Source: Paraspadella gotoi (taxonomy: Eukaryota > Animalia > Chaetognatha). From it: a stretch of DNA of 64,000 nucleotides. Both the position numbers and the translations under genes were made by a program. The notes under the pieces were generated by a model. The model had not been told where the DNA came from and ran no database searches. It worked only from the letters and a program-made list of their open reading frames with translations. The stretch is from positions 13,953,739 through 14,017,738 of the forward strand of contig CM119271.1 in assembly GCA_051294375.1 (NCBI GenBank), written 5' to 3'. Of the stretch, positions 27,666-39,823 are shown piece after piece; within the stretch, counting starts at the first letter, position 1; the number at the start of each line of letters is the position of its first letter.

Positions 27666-29532
27666 AAAAAACAAAAGGAAACAAAACAACCCGACCGAGG
27701 GTCTCTCATTGATTAGTCTGAAGCTCTTTATCATGCAATGTACAATTGTCTTGGAATTAAATTCTTCGTTAATAGAAAGGAGAATACTAAATAACCGCGC
27801 GCGCGCCTATGAGATCGATTTTGTATTGGTTACTAACTTTACCAAAACCAAAAAAAGATAGCTGCATTATAACCATTAACCAATTATTTCTAAGTATACC
27901 GATTGATATTTCAAATAGCCAGAAAGTATTTATACTCTCGATAACAGACCTAACTACGCTCATCAACATGGAAGGCACCTGGCTCAAAAAAAAAAGTTTT
28001 GGTCGCGCCATGCAGTTTTTTTTTTTCATATCCATAGTACAACGACAACCAAAAATAAAACTTATTTTATCAATGCACAACTAGTCGCTGTGTGAATATA
28101 GTCGATTTCATATCATTATTTCCGCCATATCTCTCTTTAAACCCGGCCCCCTCTTTTTTTCTATCACAACCCCGTATCGCTCTAACTTCTCTTTATCACA
28201 AAAACCCATTTTTCGTCGTTGCTCAACTTTTTCTCATCGTTTTGGTTTCGTCTTCTCTTTTCCTGAGATGCTTTAGCCTTTACATTCTACAATTTGTACG
28301 TCCCACCGCGCTTTCTTGAACCGAACGACCGAAACTTATTCTTTTCTTCCCTCATTCTTCATTTTTCTTCTATTTTCTTCTTATTCCTTTCATTTTATCC
28401 TTTATCCTTTATTTATTCTTTATCCTTCATTCTTTTCTCTGCTATTCATTTTTCCCCCCTACATATCTTGACTGCATTTAATTCTAAAGTATTTCATGGT
28501 AAACTCTCTCTCTCTTCTTTCCCTCCTCGCTACAACGTGCGTTATTGGTGACGATAGAATCTCACATTCCTCAAAATTGATCTTTCATTTTCACACTTTG
28601 TCATCGATTTTTTCTCCCGTAGTATTAGATTTTTTTCCCCCAATTCCAAAATGTTTTGAACTGGACTGTTATGCTGACTGGATGTCTTTATTTTTAGGGA
28701 GAGCTTTAAAAATTCATTATGAATTGGGAAGGTATCAAAACCATTGCTAATTATTCCTATTTGTACATCTCGACGTTAGTCCGAACGTTTTAAGTATTAT
28801 ACATTTTACAATGAAGAAGCATCGAGCGATCGTGCGTTCATACTTTCATAACGCATCCATTTATTTAACATATATCTAACGCATTCACCTTCTATATAAC
28901 GTTAACGGTTTTAAATCAGCAATTTTGAGAAAAACTTTCTCTCTCTCTCATCATAAATTTATCAGGTTAAATCTCTGGAGCGTGTGAAAACCAATAGTAA
29001 ATTATACTTTTCCGACTTTCAGCTTCCAAAATTTCGGCTTAATATTTCCCCAAATAATTTAATAAAAAAATCCGAGGTTTCTGCTCGTATCATCAATACA
29101 TCGTGGTGCTCTTATTGTAAACGTTTCAGTCAACGATATTACACTTCCTAAAAAAAGATATTGAACCTACTTTTGTTTTTGTGTACTCCGTGTCTTAATA
29201 GCGCATTATTAATTTTTTATTATTATAGTGTTATTTTTTCGCGTTCCCCCCCCCCGTAAAAAATGAAACAAAGTCCTTCCTTTCTGAAACTAGTCTCGCT
29301 TTTTTTGTACTTGGTTCTATACACCAAACTAGTTATTAGTAAAAATTGTAACGAAACCCCACTTACTTACACGCCAACATTTTTTAAAAGGCATTTAAAA
29401 AAAAAGAAGAATGAAACAGTAAATTCAAATTTTTTTTTCTTTTCAGTAGTTTAGTATTTATTTCTGAGGGTTTTTTTTATGTATACAGATGACTCAACTA
29501 AAAAGCGAACAAACTTAAAAAACCCGACGTGC

Positions 29533-29546
29533 GTTGTCATGGCGAC
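29533..29546 (+). promoter_or_regulatory. X-box (RFX)-like palindrome upstream of MAN1B1
   Basis: GTTGTCATGGCGAC against the RFX consensus GTTGCCATGGCAAC, about 150 bp before the ATG. Confidence 0.35.
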
Positions 29547-29696
29547 GAAGTAAATAAACAAAAAGGGTATCGATGGATTCCATTGGAGATGATTCGGACG
29601 AAGTTTGAAGAGACGTCTATTCTGCTCCCCTGACAGAAAGACGCGCCGGTTTTTGATCGATCGTTTTCTCCCTCCTCCCTTTTCCCTCCCCCGGCG

Positions 29697-32600
29697 ATGC
29701 ACGGCGAGCGATCTTTCCGCGTGACGCTCGACGCCAACTTGACCAAACGACAGGCGTCGCCGTCGCTGTACAGAAGATGGAATCGGTTCTCCTCCTTGCA
29801 GGTGTGACCCTCTGAATCAAAATTGAACCTATTTGGCTTTATCATTAATTCATTTTAATATGTATATGAGATTGAAACATTCAATATTATTTAAGATCAC
29901 ATTAGAGGATTTACCTTGTTATCCTCTACCTTTTTTTAAAAATAGTATGTACAATGTACATCGTTATACATTTAAGCTTTGCAATTTGTTAAATAATGTA
30001 GTTTCGGGGATAGACAGACCAACTTATAAGTCTCGGCTGAACCTCTCCCCTCCCTCTTTCCTTCCTTCCCCCCCCCCTCACCCCCCCCCTAGCGTCTCCT
30101 TCTCTCCGTCGTCTTCCTCGCCTTCGTCCTCGTCGTCTTCATCCTCGTCCCCGTCATCAAACGCGACTTTTTCCGCTTGGATCGTCTCGTCGACGACGCC
30201 GCGTCCCCTTTGAGCCTCCGCATCGTCGAACGCTCCACGCTGGCCGAACCCGTCGGCTTCCGAGACGGCCGACGCGGTCCTCCATCCGCCAAAGATCGAC
30301 GGTTCCATTTCGTTCGTTCCGGCGCCGGAAACGAGACGGGGAAGCCGTTCAAGTTCGAGGGACCGAAGAATCATAGACAAGTGAGGAGTGGATGAGGGGG
30401 AGGGGACAACTATGTCAATGACAACGACTATCAAACTATCAACTATCACGTGACCCTTAAGTGGATCAACTTCTCTAACTTCGCTCTGCGCAAAATACTT
30501 TGGAAGGCCTCCAAACAATAAGTATTAGGATTCCCTTTTTTCATCTTTGTCCTCCAGTCGGCTGTGGTGTCCGCCTTCAAGCACGCATGGCTCGCCTACA
30601 AGAAGTACGCGTGGGGCAAGGACGAGTTGCGCCCGATCTCCCGATCGAGCTCCGAGTGGTTTCGCTGCGGCCTCACGCTCCTCGACTCCATGGACACTCT
30701 CTACATCATGGGACTTGACGAGGAGTTCCAGGAGACGCGTGATTGGGTCGAGAGTGCCGATCTCGTTTCCGGGAAGGACGTCAACCTCTTTGAGTTTACC
30801 ATTCGGTGAGAAGTAATTATGTTACGCCGCTCGTTTATCCTGATTTCTCTCATTCACCTTTTTTCTTGATTTTACTCCGAAGGCTTATTAAGTTATATTA
30901 TTTTTTCTCATTCTTTAGATTCCCCCCCCCCGTTTTTACTTGTATATTTCATCGCTTTTCTATCCTCTTCTCTCCTTTTGCTTCCCCCCCCACCGCCTCT
31001 TAATTGTTTTTATTCCTTTTTTCTTTTCATTCGATTCCGTTTTCTTGTTTCCATCTCTTATCCTCATTTTCCTTCTACTCAATTATTTTCTCTTTCCTCC
31101 TTTTCTTTTGTTTCTCTCCCTTTCTTTCCTCTTCTATAATTAATCCTTTTTTTTCCCTTCTCCTGTCCCCAGCGTGGTGGGCGGACTGTTGAGCGCCTAC
31201 CACTTGTCCAAAGACGACGTCTTTCTCCTCAAAGCGACGATGCTCGGCGAGAGACTCATGCCAGCCTTCGGCTCTTCCTCAGGGATACCTTACTCCGACG
31301 TTAATCTCAAGACGGGTGAGTTTATTTCATTTTTTATATTATTCTGTATAATAAAACGAATTTATTTGGTTTTAAGGAAAGGCCCACGGCCCTCATTGGG
31401 GCTCCGATTCAAGCTTAAGCGAAGTCACCACGATCCAGTTGGAGTTTAATGATCTCAGGTTACTTATTGTTTTTTTTGTTTTTTTTTTAAGGTCATTTAT
31501 TTGAAATATGACATACTTTCGTCGCCTTTTCATCTAGTTTGCATATTGCAGTTTCTATATCATCAACGGAATTGATTAATCGTCAACTTTAAAATATTTA
31601 AAATATTTAACATTCTCTAGTTTCTGCACAAAGGATCCCAAGTTCAGAGACGCCGCTTATCTAGTCACGAAGAAAGTTCACGAGCTCCCCAAGCGACACA
31701 AGGTGAAAACTGAACTCTTCAAATGTTATTCAAATATTCTTCCAAAAAAATAAAAATCAATCATTATATTCATCCCTGACGAACAAGGCGCTGGTCCCGA
31801 TGTATATCAACCCCGGCAGCGGAGCCTTCAAATCGTCGGGGATGTTGACTCTGGGCGCCAGAGCCGATTCTTACTACGAGTATTTGCTCAAGCATTGGCT
31901 GCAGACGGGGAAAGCCGACAGAGCTCTAAAACAGGTTAACACTCGGCGTCCAAGCTGTGATGGAGAAAACGTCTTTCCTACAATCATTTTTTGTCCATCA
32001 GGATTACTTGGATGCGATAACGGCGATCTCGGAGCAACTGGTGGGAGAATCGGAGCCCAACCACTTGACCTTCGTTGGCGAGCGGGACATCGCCACCGGG
32101 AGGTTTTACGCTAAGATGGATCACCTCGTCTGCTTCTTGCCGGGTAAGTGAATAAAACGGAAAGAAAGTAAGTAACTGAACTTAATAACCTTGTTCACGA
32201 GGCTCATCACTCGCATGCCTCCATCGTATTTTCATCCCAGGCACCCTCGCTCTCGGCTACGCCCACGGTTTCCCCGAATCCCACCTTCTTCTCGCGCGAA
32301 AATTGATGTTCACTTGTTTTCAAACTTACGTGACGACCGAGACGGGACTGGCTCCCGAAATATCTCACTTCAACGTGATTCCAGGTCTGGCCAGGGATCG
32401 GAATGACGGTGGTAAGTCTCTTTTAAGCCGAAAGTCTTTCGCGGGATTGGTTTTCTTTGAAATCTCCCGCCTCTTTTTCCGTGTTGTTCCACCAATTCAT
32501 CTCCTTTCTCTTTTACCTTCTCCGCGTCAGGGAGAAAGGCGGACATCTACATCAAATCGGCCGACAGTCACAACCTCTTGCGTCCGGAGACGGTCGAGTC

Positions 32601-33275
32601 GCTCTTCTACCTTTACGCCGTTACTGGAGAGGAGCAGTATCGCGAGTGGGGATGGAGAATCTTCTTGGCCTTTGAAAACCACACGCGACTCGAGGAAGGG
32701 TGAGGGGAGTTGTCAATCTTTTCATCAATACATTACTTCAATGACGCATCTAAATATTATTCGGAAAACTCAATTATTAAACTCTAAAATATTTAAATAA
32801 AACTTTTGATAAAACCGAATCAAAAGAAAGGAGATATAATTTCAACTGGTACAATATGCAAATGAGATTAAAAATAACTATCTAATTTGAAATGAACCAC
32901 TAGTTAATAGTTATTGCTAAACTTCTTTCGCTTTAGTCGCAATTAAATACTTTCCTCCCCCCCCCAAGATACTCGTCGATCAACAACGTGAAGGACCCAC
33001 GAAATCCCGAATACCGCGACAAGATGGAGTCTTTCTTTCTTGGCGAGACTCTCAAATACTTTTACCTTCTCTTCCAAGAAGAGGCTGGCGTCGACGTCGA
33101 GACGCGGACGTCGACCGGCGCCGAGACGCCGACGTCGACCGGCGCCGTCCTCGACGTCAAAAAGCGACTCTGGCCAGAGTTGGACAAATGGGTCTTCAAC
33201 ACGGAGGCGCATCTCTTGCCGATGAGGTCGTCGATGGACGTGACTGAGGGAATGAGAGGAGATGGCGGATTGTAA
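29697..33275 (+). CDS. MAN1B1: ER alpha-1,2-mannosidase I (GH47), about 10 exons
   Basis: The N-terminus [10 protein letters not shown]|[13 protein letters not shown] is a type II TM start. Further motifs: [30 protein letters not shown]|[71 protein letters not shown]. Confidence 0.93.
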
Positions 33276-33854
33276 CCTTCGGATGTCGAGTACCCGGGGG
33301 GGGGCGCCCTTTCTTGATTTCGGAACGATCTCGTTCTTCGTCCAGAATTCGGAGATTTTGTTGCTCGGAAAGCAAATTCTTGCGATGACATCGAATCGTC
33401 AGTAGGAAACTTAATATTCTGGTTTTTTTTTAGTCAGCTGTTAAGGCTAAAAATGCCTTCCACTGCGTTATAAACGATGATTGTTTATATTTTGAAACGC
33501 TATTACAAAAAGAAATAAAGAGTGACAAAGTCCAACGATAGTTTGTGTCTAACATAAACTCGTAGACTTCGCCTTTTTATATTCTTTCTCTTTAACAAAC
33601 TTGGGTCATCCTTTATAAAAAATAAAAAAAAAAACAATCATATTGTTTAAGTTTAGTCTTTTGAACATTTTTTTTTTTTTTTAATTTTTTCTGATTCTCA
33701 TCCATTTCTTTTTCACGTTTTTCGTTGGCGCTCAAAAAAAAAAAGTTGAGATGATAAAGAAACTCGATCGAAGGAAACGTTTGTCTAAAAGTCGCCTTCA
33801 CGATTTCTTAAAATATGTGAAGAAAAAAAATCGTTAAGCGAAACCAAAAAAAAA

Positions 33855-36534
33855 ATGCATTCTAACCATTTTCACAACATGCTCGACTGGAGCATGGACG
33901 CCTCGTCGATCCTCTCCTGGGACGCCGGAGTCGAAGGCGCCGTCGGGGGAGCAGGTGGCGGCGCCACTCCCTCTGGTTTGTTAAATTTATAACGGCTTTG
34001 AGAGTTCATATTTAATTATTATTAAATTAATAAATCCCTTCATTCTTAACTTTTCAGCGGGCGAGTCGAACGGGAACCTTCGCTTGGGCGGCGACTCTCT
34101 CTGTTCCTCTTATTACGAATGTCCTCCTTCGCTCGCCTCCTCCATGATGTCGTCCATGGCCTCCGCCTGCCTCACGCCTTGCACTCCGGTGAGTCATCTC
34201 GTTAACTTATCTTCGAACCTCACCTCATTTTAAATAGTTCCTTTTCCTCTCCCGAAGGTGATGGACTCCGAGTCGTGGATCCAAGACGTGGGGAAAAAGT
34301 ATCTCTTTCTCTCTGACGAAGCGCAGAACGAACTCTTCAACCACCTCATCTCTCTCAGCGGCCCCAAGCAGCTTCACCACCTCTCCACCAAACTCGACGT
34401 CCTCCTCAAGCGGGACTTTGTTCGTTTCCTGCCTTACGATCTCTGCGCGCATTTGCTTCGCTTTTTGGACCCAGGTTTTATTTGTTAGTTTTTGTTTTTT
34501 GTTCGTTTAGTCGGTTTTTCGGGGTCATTTAAAAAAATATCCTTGCCCTTTCTTTTATTAGCCAAGATTCCAAACGTGCCTTGTTTTTTATTCAGAAACT
34601 CTGTTGACGTGCTGTTCCGTTTCTCGTTGTTGGTATCGCATCATCACTAAGTGTTATCCCGTTTGGCATCGAGCGTGCAAAGGGTAAATCATTCGTTTTA
34701 AGTTTTAACTATCGAAAAGGACGTCAGTCACAGTAGGCCACTTTCTCATCTCCCCCAAAGACTCTCCCTCGTCCTTCAACCGGAAATCACAAACGCGGCG
34801 TCGAACGGAGAGACCGGCGCCGCGGCTCGGCGCCTCAAGCGCCTCTACGTCCGGTCCAAGGCTCGATTGACGGCGCTGGGATCGGAGGGCGGCGCCTTCG
34901 ATGTCAAGGATCTCGTCGGCCACAAGGACCGCGTCATGGTCGTTTATTACAACGACGGGAAATTGGCGACGGGATCCGACGATCTCTCCATCCGAATCTG
35001 GGACTGCGTCTCCGGTCGATCCCTCAAGGTCATTCGGACGCACACGGTCGCAGACATAAAGTTCGACGAGAGGCAAGTCCTCTCCGCCTCGTTCGACAAC
35101 ACCATCGCCTGTTGGGATTATGAGTCGGGTGGGTGATTAAGAGATGGTCTGGCGACTAAAACTGTAACTAATTTCAAGAATGTTTGGAAACTTAAAGAAA
35201 GATTTAAATTTAATTTAATTTAATTTAAATTTAATCTAAACAAAAATTCCCTGCGTCACAGGAATTCGCAAGCGCCTCTTCTTCGGACATGTCGGCGCCG
35301 TCTTCAGCGTCGACTACCGCGAGGACATCGACCTCCTCGTCTCGGGCTCCGCCGACATGACCGTCAAACTCTGGTCCTTCTCCTCCGGCATCCTCCTCTA
35401 CTCGCAGCACGTCTATACGGAGTGGGTCACCAAGGTGATCCTCCACCAGTGCCGGGAGGACTGCGAGTGGGGCAAGCGGGGTTCTTTTATCCTCTTAGGT
35501 CAGGACAAGCACGATCTCGTCATTTCTCGTCTCGACTCTAACGGAGTCGTCTTGTCGGAGGAGTCGCTTCTCTCCGGTACCGGAGGTCTCTTGCCCAACA
35601 CGTCGTTGAGGGTGAGTGGAGGCGCGGTCGGGGAGTATTGGAAATGGGAGAGAGCTGGATGGAAGAAGAAGTGGGCATTACCTAGGAGGATTTTTACCAC
35701 AAATCATGATTGAACCTTATTTAAAATATGTCTGCAAAAATAATAAAATAAAAATTCTTAGAAAATCAAATTAAAAGATATGAAAAATAATCTCAACTGC
35801 TACAATATGCAAATGAGATTGAGTAACTTCCAGGTTACTTGAATCGAGACTTTGGGGAGAGTATTGGCCGATGAACGTTCGTCTTAAGGATGTTATTTGA
35901 CAGGGACTGACGTTGACCTGCTGCCGCAAAATCCCCGCCTTCGTCAAGGGAGATTTTTATTTTTCTCAATGGACCTTTGGGGTGGAGACAGTTCACACTA
36001 ACCAAAGGATTGAGTTCGAAGGTGAATTTCTTGCTCATAACCGTTTCCTATATTTATACATTTATGGCCTATTATAACTTATAACCATTTTCCCGCCCAG
36101 GCAAGCCGTCTTTGATCACGTGCCTCCTAGGCCTGGGGAAAAAGTACGGGGTTCTGCTGGGCGGTCAGGATGTCGTATACGTTTGGGACGTTGCCGCCAA
36201 GAGGCTCGTTGCGCGGCACCAAATGCCTTCTCTAAGGTACCTTTCTTAATTGCTCTTTTTTTTTTTCCTCCAAAGGTCAGGCAGTCCCGAGACTTCTCAT
36301 TCGTGGGACAAAGAATTATCGATGGGTTTCAAATCTCCTCCTACTCCTCTTCCTCCTCCTCCCTTTCCCAGAACGTCGAAGCGAGGATCGACCATCTCCC
36401 TCTGCTCCTTCGATTGGCTCGACGGCTTCGACGGCGCCAACGACCGCGGCCCCTTCCTCGCCGCCTCTCGCGCCGATCACGCCGTCCACCTCCTCGCGTG
36501 GAAGGACCTCGTCGGTGGAGGAGTCGAGGCTTAA
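33855..36534 (+). CDS. FBXW2: F-box/WD40 protein FBXW2, about 9 exons (start at ATG 33855 or 33879)
   Basis: QNELFNHLISLSGPKQLHHLSTKLDVLLKRDFVRFLPYDL matches FBXW2 ([37 protein letters not shown]). WD repeats include GHKDRV...LATGSDDLSIRIWD. The C-terminus has KRGST...WLDGFDG. Confidence 0.9.
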
Positions 36535-37437
36535 GCCACGACGACCACGATTATCGGAAACGTCTGCTCGATTCGCTTTTTGAAGACCCGCTTTGCAGAA
36601 TTCCGGTGCGAGATGATTCTTTAATATTTTCCTTAATGAGATTCAGAAAAAATTAAAATACTGTAAAATTTTGAAACAAAATATAAAGATTGAAGTTTAT
36701 TACTACAACACGTAATTGTGATTGAGAATCAACTTTTACATTTGGTCTATATTTTTTTTCCCCCGCGTGCCAAATCTCTCGACTCATCGTGAAATTGCAA
36801 GAGACATATTATCTTTCTCCTGAATTACAGATTAATTGTTCCGACTTTGTGATATATGCTGTTTTTAAACCATTTTCCGGGGGTAGACTACTATTATATA
36901 TTTTAATTGTAATTGCCATCGACTCTTCGTTATCAGGCGATTTTTCATTTTGCTTTCTTCGTTTCTTTTCGCTGAATCGGCGCTTTAAGTTCTTCAACGT
37001 CCCGCTCTTGATCGTTGTTGTCATTTTAAGCAGCGAAAAAAAATCCTTTGATGTCCACTTACAACATTGATCTCGATTTGTTTGTGCAATGCCTAAAATA
37101 GAATTATTATTTATTTACAACGTGAATCTTTGTTTCATTACCGAGGCTGATTTCTCCGTAACAGTATTTATAGCCAAATTGTTTGAGCCTAATAGTGAGC
37201 CAATGGTGATAATCAATAGAGTTTAAAGCCGCATAAAAAATATTTGGTTTTATTTTAACCTAAGCTCACTTATTATCTATATTTATTATTATTTATAAAA
37301 AGTTTTCATTCATACTTCAGTTACCAGTATGAAAGCTAATACTATGCAGAGAAACAGTTGACAGTTAAGCCAAATCGGCACAACAAGGTCGCCGCCATGA
37401 ATCAGCATTTTTAAAGTCAGACCCTAAAACCGTCGCT

Positions 37438-39280
37438 ATGATTCGAGGAGCCGGCGCTCTCCTTCAAACGGCGCTCGGCACGGCGTTGACTTGGGGCTTA
37501 ACGGCTCTCGGAGCCGGGCTTGTTTTCCTTCTCCCTATCGGGTCGCACCGGAAATTACTCGACGCGAGTCTCGGTTTCGCCGCCGGTAAATCAAATGGAC
37601 TTATTTCAGGATTCGATCGATTCTAGATTCCAACCTCTTCTCTCATCCCCTCAGGCGTGATGATGGCCGCCTCGTTTTGGTCATTGTTGGCGCCGGCGAT
37701 CGAGATGGCGGAAGCCCCGGATGCCTACGGCGTCGCGGCGTTTATTCCCGTCGCCGTGGGATTCGTCATCGGCGCCCTTTTCGTCATGGCCGCTGATTCC
37801 TTGATGCCTCTCCTCGGCGTCTCCACGTCTCCGGCGTTGACGGCAGCCCTCGCCGACAAATCACTCAAGAAGGACGACGACTCGACGATCCACTCGAGAC
37901 ATTCCCCCTTTCGTTCCTCGTCTACTTCCGCCTCCACGACGGAGACGCGACACAGAAACTTGCTGCTCGAGGGCGTCGTCACCGGCGCCGGCGGGGGACT
38001 TCAAATTGTCGAAGAATCCTCCAACGGATTCGCCCTTGGAAGTTTCGAAGAGGACGCCAGGGATATTGAGGTTCGCCGACGGTTTGCCGCAGCTTTGTCT
38101 CCGACTTTTGTCTCCTTATTTAGTTTGAATCTATTTTTAGCTCCGCCAACGTCAGTCATGGCGCCGGATGTTGCTCCTCATCGTCGCCATCACCGTCCAC
38201 AACATCCCTGAAGGCCTCGCCGTCGGCGTCGGCTTCGGCGCCGTCGGCAAATCTCCGGCCGCCACCTTCGAAGCCGCCTCCAGTCTTGCCGTCGCCATCG
38301 GGATTCAGAATTTTCCCGAGGGTAAGTTTTTTTCGAGGAAATGAGTAATGTATGGTGGACTAAAATCCACCAACCGTTCATCAGCGGCCATTGGTGCCGG
38401 AGGCAAGTCATTCGCCTCCCAACCCAAAGGTCCGGGGTTCTAGCCCGGTGGTCGCCTAGCAGTTAAGACGGGGCGCTTAGCCCGCCTGTAACACGGTGTT
38501 ACAGCCTGATCCGAAGCTCAGGGACTGCTTATATTGAACGGTTCTGTCACTAACACATAACAATAATTACTGTCTCTTCAAATGTTTCTATAATTTGATC
38601 TTTTCATTAAGTTTTTTTTTTTTAGGTTTGGCGGTGAGTCTCCCACTTCGAGCCAGCGGCTACTCGGCGTGGAAGTCTTTTTGGTACGGACAGCTGAGCG
38701 GAATGGTTGAGCCATTCGCGGGTACGAGAAGCTTTTAACGAATGCCAAAACTGCGAAAAAAATAAGACCCTAATTTCATACTTTTTCCGTTTTCCCCACT
38801 TCTCTTTTCCTTTATTTATTCTCCATCGTCCCTCCCTTTCTTTCTTATTCGTACTCTCATCTTCCTTTCTTTCCTTATTTCCTTTTTTTATCGCCCTCTT
38901 TCTTATCCCACACTCTCATCTTCCTTTCTTTCCTTCCTTTTCACTGCCTATCTCTTCCACTCAAGGACTCCTGGGTGCGGCGGCTGTCTCGCTGGCGGAA
39001 CCGCTCCTTCCCTACGCGCTCTCTTTCGCCGCTGGCGCTATGATCTTCGTAGTCGTCGACGATCTCATTCCTGGCGAGTGCCGTTCTTGTCTTGTCTTAG
39101 TATATCTTGTCTAATATGGTCTTATGTCTAGTTCTTATTTTGTTTAATACTTCGCTAATCCGCTTCTTCCGTTTCGATTTTTTAACAGAAGCGGCGTCTG
39201 GACCCAACGGTCGTCTTTCCTCAGTCTCTTCCATCGTCGGTTTCGTAGTCATGATGTGTCTCGACGTCGGTCTGGGTTGA
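37438..39280 (+). CDS. SLC39A11: Zinc transporter ZIP11, 6 exons
   Basis: [95 protein letters not shown] and the C-terminus [13 protein letters not shown]. Confidence 0.95.
38384..38566 (+). mobile_element. tRNA-derived SINE-like element in a ZIP11 intron (tRNA-Gly(CCC)-like head 38384-38455)
   Basis: A 7-bp acceptor stem GCGGCCA/TGGTCGC, a stem-loop CCGGG-GTTCTAG-CCCGG with a B-box-like core, and an A-box-like TGGTGCCGGAGG. The CT-CCC-AA loop sits on a broken anticodon stem. A ~90-bp body and an A/C-rich tail (TAACACATAACAATAA) follow. Confidence 0.65.
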
Positions 39281-39823
39281 ACCCTACCGACCAATGTCAC
39301 CAATTGACAATCATTAGTATCTCTTTCTCTCTTTCTCCCCTCTCTCTCTCTCTCCCTCCCCATCTTTCCCTCTGCTTCCACACTCGCATATCGATTCTTG
39401 GCTTATTTTTAGACACGAAAAAAAAAACCACCGATTGTTTTGCCTTAATATTGTAATCCATCAGTCTACAATAATTTCGTTGTTAAACTTACGCTCACTT
39501 TTCGTAATCTTACGCAGCTCGATGCCTTGATACACTTTCGTGCCGACTTATTACTTCCGGTAAAAAAATATTTTATCGAGACAGTCACTTTTGTTAATCT
39601 TTTATTGTCGGTAGTTAGCTACAAGCTTTTTTTAATTAAAAGTTGGAATAGTTTGTTGTTAATTTGATTGTCATATTAAAATCAATTTTTTAGTTTTCCT
39701 TTTTAATGAGCCGAACGATCGAACGGTCTCCCGCTTTTGGGAGGCTGGGACGCCGGCTTTGTGACCTCATAGCGTCCGGGTGATCGTAACTTTTCACCCA
39801 TTTGCTGAGACCCTAATTGAGTC

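Noticed and set aside
38384-38455. Functional tRNA-Gly gene
   Set aside because: The anticodon stem is mismatched, the T-loop is atypical and there is no oligo-T terminator right after, so it is treated as a SINE head.
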